From positions 1 through 61,023 of the forward strand of contig JAXLNO010000419.1 in NCBI GenBank assembly GCA_038087875.1: a stretch of 61,023 nucleotides of DNA, in the 5' to 3' direction. Position numbers and translations under genes: made by a program. This DNA comes from Malacoraja senta. Lineage: Eukaryota. Each line of letters begins with the position of its first letter. The stretch's first letter is position 1. Below are positions 50,201 through 61,023 of this stretch, one piece after another. A model generated the notes under the pieces. The model saw nothing but the letters and a program-made list of their open reading frames with translations, was not told where the DNA came from and searched no databases.

Positions 50201-53200
50201 TAGGCTTAGGCTTAGGCTTAGGCTTAGGCTTAGGCTTAGGCTTAGGCTTAGGCTTAGGCTTAGGCTTAGGCTTAGGCTTAGGCTTAGGCTTAGGCTTAGG
50301 CTTAGGCTTAGGCTTAGGCTTAGGCTTAGGCTTAGGCTTAGGCTTTGGCTTAGGCTTTGGCTTTGGCTTTGGCTTTGGCTTTGGCTTTGGCTTTGGCTTT
50401 GGCTTTGGCTTTGGCTTTGGCTTTGGCTTTGGCTTTGGCTTTGGCTTTGGCTTTGGCTTTGGCTTTGGCTTTGGCTTTGGCTTTGGCTTTGGCTTTGGCT
50501 TTGGCTTTGGCTTTGGCTTTGGCTTTGGCTTTGGCTTTGGCTTTGGCTTTGGCTTTGGCTTTGGCTTTGGCTTTGGCTTTGGCTTTGGCTTTGGCTTTGG
50601 CTTTGGCTTTGGCTTTGGCTTTGGCTTTGGCTTTGGCTTTGGCTTTGGCTTTGGCTTTGGCTTTGGCTTTGGCTTTGGCTTTGGCTTTGGCTTTGGCTTT
50701 GGCTTTGGCTTTGGCTTTGGCTTTGGCTTTGGCTTTGGCTTTGGCTTTGGCTTTGGCTTTGGCTTTGGCTTTGGCTTTGGCTTTGGCTTTGGCTTTGGCT
50801 TTGGCTTTGGCTTTGGCTTTGGCTTTGGCTTTGTCTTTGGCTTAGGCTTAGGCTTAGGCTTAGGCTTAGGCTTAGGCTTAGGCTTAGGCTTAGGCTTAGG
50901 CTTAGGCTTAGGCTTAGGCTTAGGCTTAGGCTTTGGCTTTGGCTTTGGCTTTGGCTTTGGCTTTGGCTTTGGCTTTGGCTTTGGCTTTGGCTTTGGCTTT
51001 GGCTTTGGCTTTGGCTTTGGCTTTGGCTTTGGCTTTGGCTTTGGCTTTGGCTTTGGCTTTGGCTTTGGCTTTGGCTTTGGCTTTGGCTTTGGCTTTGGCT
51101 TTGGCTTTGGCTTTGGCTTTGGCTTTGGCTTTGGCTTTGGCTTTGGCTTTGGCTTTGGCTTTGGCTTTGGCTTTGGCTTTGGCTTTGGCTTTGGCTTTGG
51201 CTTTGGCTTTGGCTTTGGCTTTGGCTTTGGCTTTGGCTTTGGCTTTGGCTTTGGCTTAGGCTTAGGCTTAGGCTTAGGCTTAGGCTTAGGTTTAGCCTTA
51301 GCCTTAGGCTTAGGCTTAGGCTTAGGCTTAGGCTTAGGCTTAGGCTTAGGCTTAGGGTTAGGCTTAGGGTTAGGGTTAGGGTTAGGCTGAGGGTTAGGGT
51401 TAGGGTTAGGCTTAGGCTTAGGCTTAGGCTTAGGCTTAGGCTTAGGCTTAGGCTTAGGCTTAGGCTTAGGCTTAGGCTTAGGCTTAGGTTTAGGCTTAGG
51501 CTTAGGCTTAGGCTTAGGCTTAGGCTTAGGCTTAGGCTTAGGCTTAGGCTTAGGCTTAGGCTTAGGCTTAGGCTTAGGCTTAGGCTTAGGCTTAGGCTTA
51601 GGCTTAGGCTTAGGCTTAGGCTTAGGCTTAGGCTTAGGCTTAGGCTTAGGCTTAGGCTTAGGCTTAGGCTTAGGCTTAGGCTTAGGCTTAGGTTTAGGCT
51701 TAGGCTTAGGCTTAGGCTTAGGCTTAGGCTTAGGCTTAGGCTTAGGCTTAGGCTTAGGCTTTGGCTTTGGCTTTGGCTTTGGCTTTGGCTTTGGCTTTGG
51801 CTTTGGCTTTGGCTTTGGCTTTGGCTTTGGCTTTGGCTTTGGCTTTGGCTTTGGCTTTGGCTTTGGCTTTGGCTTTGGCTTAGGTTTAGGCTTAGGCTTA
51901 GGCTTAGGCTTAGGCTTAGGCTTAGGCTTAGGCTTAGGCTTAGGCTTAGGCTTAGGCTTAGGCTTCGGCTTAGGCTTCGGCTTAGGCTTAGGCTTAGGCT
52001 TAGGCTTAGGCTTAGGCTTAGGCTTAGGCTTAGGCTTAGGCTTAGGCTTAGGCTTAGGCTTAGGCTTAGGCTTAGGCTTAGGCTTAGGCTTAGGCTTAGG
52101 CTTAGGCTTAGGCTTAGGCTTAGGCTTAGGCTTAGGCTTAGGCATAGGCTTTGGCTTAGGCTTAGGCTTAGGCTTAGGCTTTGGATTTGGCTTAGGCTTT
52201 GGCTTTGGCTTTGGCTTTGGCTTTGGCTTTGGCTTTGGCTTTGGCTTTGGCTTTGGCTTTGGCTTTGGCTTTGGCTTAGGCTTTGGCGTAGGCTTAGGCT
52301 TAGGCTTTGGCTTAGGCTTAGGCTTAGGCTTAGGCTTAGGCTTTGGCTTTGGCTTTGGCTTTGGCTTTGGCTTTGGCTTTGGCTTTGGCTTTGGCTTAGG
52401 CTTTGGCTTAGGCTTAGGCTTAGGCTTAGGCTTAGGCTTAGGCTTAGGCTTAGGCTTAGGCTTAGGCTTAGGCTTAGGCTTAGGCTTAAGCTTAGGCTTA
52501 GGCTTAAGCTTAGGCTTAGGCTTAGGCTTAGGCTTAGGCTTAGGCTTCGGCTTCGGCTTAGGCTTAGGCTTAGGCTTAGGCTTAGGCTTAGGCTTAGGCT
52601 TAGGCTTAGGCTTAGGCTTAGGCTTAGGCTTAGGCTTAGGCTTTGGCTTAGGCTTAGGCTTAGGCTTAGGCTTAGGCTTAGTCTTAGGCTTAGGCTTTGG
52701 CTTTGGCTTTGGCTTTGGCTTTGGCTTTGGCTTTGGCTTTGGCTTTGGCTTAGGCTTTGGCTTAGGCTTAGGCTTAGGCTTAGGCTTAGGCTTAGGCTTA
52801 GGCTTTGGCTTTGGCTTTGGCTTTGGCTTTGGCTTAGGCTTAGGCTTTGGCTTTGGCTTAGGCTTAGGCTTAGGCTTAGGCTTAGGCTTAGGCTTAGGCT
52901 TAGGCTTAGGCTTAGGCTTAGGCTTAGGCTTAGGCTTAGGCTTAGGCTTAGGCTTAGGCTTAGGCTTAGGCTTAGGCTTAGGCTTAGGCTTAGGCTTAGG
53001 CTTAGGCTTAGGCTTAGGCTTAGGCTTAGGCTTAGGCTTAGGCTTAGGCTTAGGCTTAGGCTTAGGCTTAGGCTTTGGCTTAGGCTTTGGCTTTGGCTTT
53101 GGCTTTGGCTTTGGCTTTGGCTTTGGCTTTGGCTTTGGCTTTGGCTTTGGCTTTGGCTTTGGCTTTGGCTTTGGCTTTGGCTTTGGCTTTGGCTTTGGCT

Positions 53201-56200
53201 TTGGCTTTGGCTTTGGCTTTGGCTTTGGCTTTGGCTTTGGCTTTGGCTTTGGCTTTGGCTTTGGCTTTGGCTTTGGCTTTGGCTTTGGCTTTGGCTTTGG
53301 CTTTGGCTTTGGCTTTGGCTTTGGCTTTGGCTTTGGCTTTGGCTTTGGCTTTGGCTTTGGCTTTGGCTTTGGCTTTGGCTTTGGCTTTGGCTTTGGCTTT
53401 GGCTTTGGCTTTGGCTTTGGCTTTGGCTTTGGCTTTGGCTTTGGCTTTGGCTTTGGCTTTGGCTTTGGCTTTGGCTTTGGCTTTGGCTTTGGCTTTGGCT
53501 TTGGCTTTGGCTTTGGCTTTGGCTTTGGCTTTGGCTTTGGCTTTGGCTTTGGCTTTGGCTTTGGCTTTGGCTTTGGCTTTGGCTTTGGCTTTGGCTTTGG
53601 CTTTGGCTTTGGCTTTGGCTTTGGCTTTGGCTTTGGCTTTGGCTTTGGCTTTGGCTTTGGCTTTGGCTTTGGCTTTGGCTTTGGCTTTGGCTTTGGCTTT
53701 GGCTTTGGCTTTGGCTTTGGCTTTGGCTTTGGCTTTGGCTTTGGCTTTGGCTTTGGCTTTGGCTTTGGCTTTGGCTTTGGCTTTGGCTTTGGCTTTGGCT
53801 TTGGCTTTGGCTTTGGCTTTGGCTTTGGCTTTGGCTTTGGCTTTGGCTTTGGCTTTGGCTTTGGCTTTGGCTTTGGCTTTGGCTTTGGCTTTGGCTTTGG
53901 CTTTGGCTTTGGCTTTGGCTTTGGCTTTGGCTTTGGCTTTGGCTTTGGCTTTGGCTTTGGCTTTGGCTTTGGGCTTTGGCTTTGGCTTTGGCTTTGGCTT
54001 TGGCTTTGGCTTTGGCTTTGGCTTTGGCTTTGGCTTTGGCTTTGGCTTTGGCTTTGGCTTTGGCTTTGGCTTTGGCTTTGGCTTTGGCTTTGGCTTTGGC
54101 TTTGGCTTTGGCTTTGGCTTTGGCTTTGGCTTTGGCTTTGGCTTTGGCTTTGGCTTTGGCTTTGGCTTTGGCTTTGGCTTTGGCTTTGGCTTTGGCTTTG
54201 GCTTTGGCTTTGGCTTTGGCTTTGGCTTTGGCTTTGGCTTTGGCTTTGGCTTTGGCTTTGGCTTTGGCTTTGGCTTTGGCTTTGGCTTTGGCTTTGGCTT
54301 TGGCTTTGGCTTTGGCTTTGGCTTTGGCTTTGGCTTTGGCTTTGGCTTTGGCTTTGGCTTTGGCTTTGGCTTTGGCTTTGGCTTTGGCTTTGGCTTTGGC
54401 TTTGGCTTTGGCTTTGGCTTTGGCTTTGGCTTTGGCTTTGGCTTGGCTTTGGCTTTGGCTTTGGCTTTGGCTTTGGCTTTGGCTTTGGCTTTGGCTTTGG
54501 CTTTGGCTTTGGCTTTGGCTTTGGCTTTGGCTTTGGCTTTGGCTTTGGCTTTGGCTTTGGCTTTGGCTTTGGCTTTGGCTTTGGATTTGGCTTTGGCTTT
54601 GGCTTTGGCTTTGGCTTTGGCTTTGGCTTTGGCTTTGGCTTTGGCTTTGGCTTTGGCTTTGGCTTTGGCTTTGGCTTTGGCTTTGGCTTTGGCTTTGGCT
54701 TTGGCTTTGGCTTTGGCTTTGGCTTTGGCTTTGGCTTTGGCTTTGGCTTTGGCTTTGGCTTTGGCTTTGGCTTTGGCTTTGGCTTTGGCTTTGGCTTTGG
54801 CTTTGGCTTTGGCTTTGGCTTTGGCTTTGGCTTTGGCTTTGGCTTTGGCTTTGGCTTTGGCTTTGGCTTTGGCTTTGGCTTTGGCTTTGGCTTTGTCTTT
54901 GGCTTTGGCTTTGGCTTTGGCTTTGGCTTTGGCTTTGGCTTTGGCTTTGGCTTTGGCTTTGGCTTTGGCTTTGGCTTTGGCTTTGGCTTTGGCTTAGGCT
55001 TAGGCTTAGGCTTAGGCTTAGGCTTAGGCTTAGGCTTAGGCTTAGGCTTAGGCTTAGGCTTAGGCTTAGGCTTAGGCTTAGGCTTAGGCTTAGGCTTAGG
55101 CTTAGGCTTAGGCTTAGGCTTAGGCTTAGGCATAGGCTTAGGCTTAGGCTTAGGCTTAGGCTTAGGCTTAGGCTTAGGCTTAGGCTTAGGCTTAGGCTTA
55201 GGCTTAGGCTTAGGCTTTGGCTTTGGCTTTGGCTTTGGCTTTGGCTTTGGCTTTGGCTTTGGCTTTGGCTTAGGCTTTGGCTTAGGCTTAGGCTTAGGCT
55301 TAGGCTTAGGCTTAGGCTTAGGCTTAGGCTTAGGCTTAGGCTTAGGCTTAGGCTTAGGCTTAGGCTTAGGCTTAAGCTTAGGCTTAGGCTTAGGCTTAGG
55401 CTTAGGCTTAGGCTTAGGCTTAGGCTTAGGCTTAGGCTTAGGCTTAGGCTTAGGCTTAGGCTTAGGCTTAGGCTTAGGCTTAGGCTTAGGCTTAGGCTTA
55501 GGCTTAGGCTTAGGCTTAGGCTTAGGCTTAGTCTTAGGCTTAGGCTTTGGCTTTGGCTTTGGCTTTGGCTTTGGCTTTGGCTTTGGCTTTGGCTTTGGCT
55601 TAGGCTTTGGCTTTGGCTTTGGCTTAGGCTTTGGCTTTGGCTTAGGCTTTGGCTTTGGCTTTGGCTTAGGCTTAGGCTTTGGCTTTGGCTTTGGCTTTGG
55701 CTTTGGCTTTGGCTTTGGCTTAGGCTTAGGCTTAGGCTTAGGCTTAGGCTTAGGCTTAGGCTTAGGCTTAGGCTTAGGCTTAGGCTTAGGCTTAGGCTTA
55801 GGCTTAGGCTTAGGCTTAGGCTTAGGCTTAGGCTTAGGCTTAGGCTTAGGCTTAGGCTTAGGCTTAGGCTTAGGCTTAGGCTTTGGCTTTGGCTTTGGTT
55901 TTGGCTTTGGCTTTGGCTTAGGCTTAGCCTTAGGCTTAGGCTTAGGCTTAGGCTTAGGCTTAGGCTTAGGCTTAGGCTTAGGCTTAGGCTTAGGCTTAGG
56001 CTTAGGCTTAGGCTTAGGCTTAGGCTTAGGCTTTGGCTTAGGCTTAGGCTTAGGCTTAGGCTTAGGCTTAGGCTTAGGCTTAGGCTTAGGCTTTGGCTTT
56101 GGCTTTGGCTTTGGCTTTGGCTTTGGCTTTGGCTTTGGCTTTGGCTTTGGCTTTGGCTTTGGCTTTGGCTTTGGCTTTGGCTTTGGCTTTGGCTTTGGCT

Positions 56201-59200
56201 TTGGCTTTGGCTTTGGCTTAGGCTTAGGCTTAGGCTTAGGCTTAGGCTTAGGCTTAGGCTTAGGCTTAGGCTTAGGCTTAGGCATAGGCTTAGGCTTAGG
56301 CTTAGGCTTAGGCTTAGGCTTAGGCTTAGGCTTAGGCTTAGGCTTAGGCTTAGGCTTAGGCTTAGGCTTAGGCTTAGGCTTAGGCTTAGGCTTAGGCTTA
56401 GGCTTAGGCTTAGGCTTAGGCTTAGGCTTTGGCTTTGGCTTTGGCTTTGGCTTTGGCTTTGGCTTTGGCTTTGGCTTTGGTTTTGGCTTTGGCTTAGGCT
56501 TAGGCTTAGGCTTAGGCTTAGGCTTAGGCTTAGGCTTAGCCTTAGGCTTAGGCTTAGGCTTAGGCTTAGGCTTAGGCTTAGGCTTAGGCTTAGGCTTAGG
56601 CTTAGGCTTAGGGTTAGGGTTAGGCTTAGGCTTAGGCTTAGGCTTAGGCTTAGGCTTAGGCTTAGGCTTAGGCTTAGGCTTAGGCTTAGGCTTAGGCTTA
56701 GGCTTAGGCTTAGCCTTAGGCTTAGGCTTAGGCTTAGGCTTTGGCTTTGGCTTTGGCTTTGGCTTTGGCTTTGGCTTTGGCTTTGGCTTTGGCTTTGGCT
56801 TTGGCTTTGGCTTTGGCTTTGGCTTTGGCTTTGGCTTTGGCTTTGGCTTTGGCTTTGGCTTTGGCTTTGGCTTTGGCTTTGGCTTTGGCTTTGGCTTTGG
56901 CTTTGGCTTTGGCTTTGGCTTTGGCTTTGGCTTTGGCTTTGGCTTTGGCTTTGGCTTTGGCTTTGGCTTTGGCTTTGGCTTAGGCTTAGGCTTAGGCTTA
57001 GGCTTAGGCTTAGGCTTAGGCTTAGCCTTAGGCTTAGGCTTAGGCTTAGGCTTAGGCTTAGGCTTAGGCTTAGGTTTAGCCTTAGCCTTAGGCTTAGGCT
57101 TAGGCTTAGGCTTAGGCTTAGGCTTAGGCTTAGGCTTAGGGTTAGGCTTAGGGTTAGGGTTAGGGTTAGGCTTAGGCTTAGGCTTAGGCTTAGGCTTAGG
57201 CTTAGGCTTAGGCTTAGGCTTAGGCTTAGGCTTAGGTTTAGGCTTAGGCTTAGGCTTAGGCTTAGGCTTAGGCTTAGGCTTAGGCTTAGGCTTAGTCTTA
57301 GGCTTAGGCTTAGGCTTAGGCTTAGGCTTAGGCTTAGGCTTAGGCTTAGGCTTAGGCTTAGGCTTAGGCTTAGGCTTAGGCTTAGGCTTAGGCTTGGGCA
57401 TAGGCTTAGGCTTAGGCTTAGGCTTAGGCTTAGGCTTAGGCTTAGGCTTAGGCTTAGGCTTAGGCTTAGGCTTAGGCTTAGGCTTAGGCTTAGGCTTAGG
57501 CTTAGGCTTAGGCTTAGGCTTAGGCTTAGGCTTAGGCTTAGGCTTAGGCTTAGGCTTAGGTTTAGGCTTAGGCTTAGGCTTCGGCTTAGGCTTCGGCTTA
57601 GGCTTCCGCTTCGGCTTAGGCTTCGGCTTAGGCTTAGGCTTAGGCTTCGGCTTAGGCTTAGGCTTAGGCTTAGGCTTAGGCTTAGGCTTAGGCTTAGGCT
57701 TAGGCTTAGGCTTAGGCTTAGGCTTAGGCTTAGGCTTAGGCTTAGGCTTAGGCTTTGGCTTAGGCTTAGGCTTAGGCTTAGGCTTAGGCTTAGGCTTAGG
57801 CTTAGGCTTAGGCTTAGGCTTAGGCTTAGGTTTAGCCTTAGCCTTAGGCTTAGGCTTAGGCTTAGGCTTAGGCTTAGGCTTAGGCTTAGGCTTAGGCTTA
57901 GGCTTAGGCTTAGGCTTAGGCTTTGGCTTTGGCTTTGGCTTTGGCTTTGGCTTTGGCTTTGGCTTTGGCTTTGGCTTTGGCTTTGGCTTTGGCTTTGGCT
58001 TTGGCTTTGGCTTTGGCTTTGGCTTTGGCTTTGGCTTTGGCTTTGGCTTTGGCTTTGGCTTTGGCTTTGGCTTAGGCTTTGGCTTTGGCTTTGGCTTTGG
58101 CTTTGGCTTAGGCTTAGGCTTTGGCTTAGGCTTAGGCTTAGGCTTTGGCTTTGGCTTTGGCTTTGGCTTTGGCTTTGGCTTAGGCTTAGGCTTAGGCTTA
58201 GGCTTAGGCTTAGGCTTAGGCTTAGGCTTAGGCTTAGGCTTAGGCTTAGGCTTAGGCTTAGGCTTAGGTTTAGCCTTAGCCTTAGGCTTAGGCTTAGGCT
58301 TAGGCTTAGGCTTAGGCTTAGGCTTAGGCTTAGGGTTAGGCTTAGGGTTAGGGTTAGGCTTAGGGTTAGGGTTAGGGTTAGGATTAGGCTTAGGCTTAGG
58401 CTTAGGCTTAGGCTTAGGCTTAGGCTTAGGTTTAGGCTTAGGCTTAGGCTTAGGCTTAGGCTTAGGCTTAGGCTTAGGCTTAGGCTTTGGCTTTGGCTTT
58501 GGCTTTGGCTTTGGCTTTGGCTTTGGCTTTGGCTTTGGCTTTGGCTTTGGCTTTGGCTTTGGCTTTGGCTTTGGCTTTGGCTTTGGCTTTGGCTTTGGCT
58601 TTGGCTTTGGCTTTGGCTTTGGCTTTGGCTTTGGCTTTGGCTTTGGCTTTGGCTTTGGCTTTGGCTTTGGCTTTGGCTTTGGCTTTGGCTTTGGCTTTGG
58701 CTTTGGCTTTGGCTTTGGCTTTGGCTTTGGCTTTGGCTTTGGCTTTGGCTTTGGCTTTGGCTTTGGCTTTGGCTTTGGCTTTGGCTTTGGCTTTGGCTTT
58801 GGCTTTGGCTTTGGCTTTGGCTTTGGCTTTGGCTTTGGCTTTGGCTTTGGCTTTGGCTTTGGCTTTGGCTTTGGCTTTGGCTTTGGCTTTGGCTTTGGCT
58901 TTGGCTTTGGCTTTGGCTTTGGCTTTGGCTTTGGCTTTGGCTTTGGCTTTGGCTTTGGCTTTGGCTTTGGCTTTGGCTTTGGCTTTGGCTTTGGCTTTGG
59001 CTTTGGCTTTGGCTTTGGCTTTGGCTTTGGCTTTGGCTTTGGCTTTGGCTTTGGCTTTGGCTTTGGCTTTGGCTTTGGCTTTGGCTTTGGCTTTGGCTTT
59101 GGCTTTGGCTTTGGCTTTGGCTTTGGCTTTGGCTTTGGCTTTGGCTTTGGCTTTGGCTTTGGCTTTGGCTTTGGCTTTGGCTTTGGCTTTGGCTTTGGCT

Positions 59201-61023
59201 TTGGCTTTGGCTTTGGCTTTGGCTTTGGCTTTGGCTTTGGCTTTGGCTTTGGCTTTGGCTTTGGCTTTGGCTTTGGGCTTTGGCTTTGGCTTTGGCTTTG
59301 GCTTGGCTTTGGCTTTGGCTTTGGCTTTGGCTTTGGCTTTGGCTTTGGCTTTGGCTTTGGCTTTGGCTTTGGCTTTGGCTTTGGCTTTGGCTTTGGCTTT
59401 GGCTTTGGCTTTGGCTTTGGCTTTGGCTTTGGCTTTGGCTTTGGCTTTGGCTTTGGCTTTGGCTTTGGCTTTGGCTTTGGCTTTGGCTTTGGCTTTGGCT
59501 TAGGCTTAGGCTTAGGCTTAGGCTTAGGCTTAGGCTTAGGCTTAGGCTTAGGCTTAGGCTTAGGCTTAGGCTTAGGCTTAGGCTTAGGCTTAGGCTTAGG
59601 CTTAGGCTTAGGCATAGGCTTAGGCTTAGGCTTAGGCTTAGGCTTAGGCTTAGGCTTAGGCTTAGGCTTAGGCTTAGGCTTAGGCTTAGGCTTTGGCTTT
59701 GGCTTTGGCTTTGGCTTTGGCTTTGGCTTTGGCTTTGGCTTAGGCTTTGGCTTAGGCTTAGGCTTAGGCTTAGGCTTAGGCTTAGGCTTAGGCTTAGGCT
59801 TAGGCTTAGGCTTAGGCTTAGGCTTAGGCTTAGGCTTAAGCTTAGGCTTAGGCTTAGGCTTAGGCTTAGGCTTAGGCTTAGGCTTAGGCTTAGGCTTAGG
59901 CTTAGGCTTAGGCTTAGGCTTAGGCTTAGGCTTAGGCTTAGGCTTAGGCTTAGGCTTAGGCTTAGGCTTAGGCTTAGGCTTAGGCTTAGGCTTAGGCTTA
60001 GTCTTAGGCTTAGGCTTTGGCTTTGGCTTTGGCTTTGGCTTTGGCTTTGGCTTTGGCTTTGGCTTTGGCTTTGGCTTTGGCTTTGGCTTAGGCTTTGGCT
60101 TTGGCTTTGGCTTAGGCTTTGGCTTTGGCTTTGGCTTAGGCTTAGGCTTTGGCTTTGGCTTTGGCTTTGGCTTTGGCTTTGGCTTTGGCTTAGGCTTAGG
60201 CTTAGGCTTAGGCTTAGGCTTAGGCTTAGGCTTAGGCTTAGGCTTAGGCTTAGGCTTAGGCTTAGGCTTAGGCTTAGGCTTAGGCTTAGGCTTAGGCTTA
60301 GGCTTAGGCTTAGGCTTAGGCTTAGGCTTAGGCTTAGGCTTAGGCTTAGGCTTAGGCTTTGGCTTTGGCTTTGGTTTTGGCTTTGGCTTTGGCTTAGGCT
60401 TAGCCTTAGGCTTAGGCTTAGGCTTAGGCTTAGGCTTAGGCTTAGGCTTAGGCTTAGGCTTAGGCTTAGGCTTAGGCTTAGGCTTAGGCTTAGGCTTAGG
60501 CTTAGGCTTTGGCTTAGGCTTAGGCTTAGGCTTAGGCTTAGGCTTAGGCTTAGGCTTAGGCTTAGGCTTTGGCTTTGGCTTTGGCTTTGGCTTTGGCTTT
60601 GGCTTTGGCTTTGGCTTTGGCTTTGGCTTTGGCTTTGGCTTTGGCTTTGGCTTTGGCTTTGGCTTTGGCTTTGGCTTTGGCTTTGGCTTTGGCTTTGGCT
60701 TAGGCTTAGGCTTAGGCTTAGGCTTAGGCTTAGGCTTAGGCTTAGGCTTAGGCTTAGGCTTAGGCTTAGGCATAGGCTTAGGCTTAGGCTTAGGCTTAGG
60801 CTTAGGCTTAGGCTTAGGCTTAGGCTTAGGCTTAGGCTTAGGCTTAGGCTTAGGCTTAGGCTTAGGCTTAGGCTTAGGCTTAGGCTTAGGCTTAGGCTTA
60901 GGCTTAGGCTTTGGCTTTGGCTTTGGCTTTGGCTTTGGCTTTGGCTTTGGCTTTGGCTTTGGTTTTGGCTTTGGCTTAGGCTTAGGCTTAGGCTTAGGCT
61001 TAGGCTTAGGCTTAGGCTTAGGC
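41276..61023 (+). repeat. Terminal telomere tract (~19.7 kb) of alternating TTAGGC and TTTGGC blocks
   Basis: Only hexamer repeats to the window end, G-rich strand 5'->3' outward. TTAGGC is the known nematode telomere motif. That this is the true chromosome terminus is inferred. Confidence 0.9.

Noticed and set aside
47814..60773. 4319-aa PK ORF and the LR/LG/LW/AL/RV dipeptide ORFs
   Set aside because: Direct translations of hexamer repeats; nothing in the sequence supports expression or RAN translation.
41276..61023. Firm assignment to Caenorhabditis or another named nematode
   Set aside because: TTAGGC alone is insufficient; the TTAGGG and TTTGGC tracts are atypical and the cassette is not one I recognise.

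Overview
This window is a eukaryotic chromosome end with the G-rich strand on + (distal to the right). It contains no credible protein or RNA gene; all ORFs are translations of repeats. Positions 1-41275 are a subtelomeric array of a non-coding, quasi-palindromic ~2-kb cassette. Full copies are preceded by a (TTAGGG)n tract and followed by (TTAGGC)n. The array also holds truncated copies, two variant 'type B' copies, a buried ~4.1-kb telomere tract and a three-times repeated inversion module. Positions 41276-61023 are a ~19.7-kb telomere tract of alternating TTAGGC and TTTGGC blocks, whose rare variant hexamers reveal kb-scale internal duplications. The best candidate new system is a TTAGGG-tailed hairpin cassette amplified in a TTAGGC/TTTGGC telomere, either by recombination (TALT-like) or as a non-autonomous terminal retroelement. 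TTAGGC is the nematode-type motif, but the organism cannot be established from this window. Coordinates were read by eye and may be off by a few bases.
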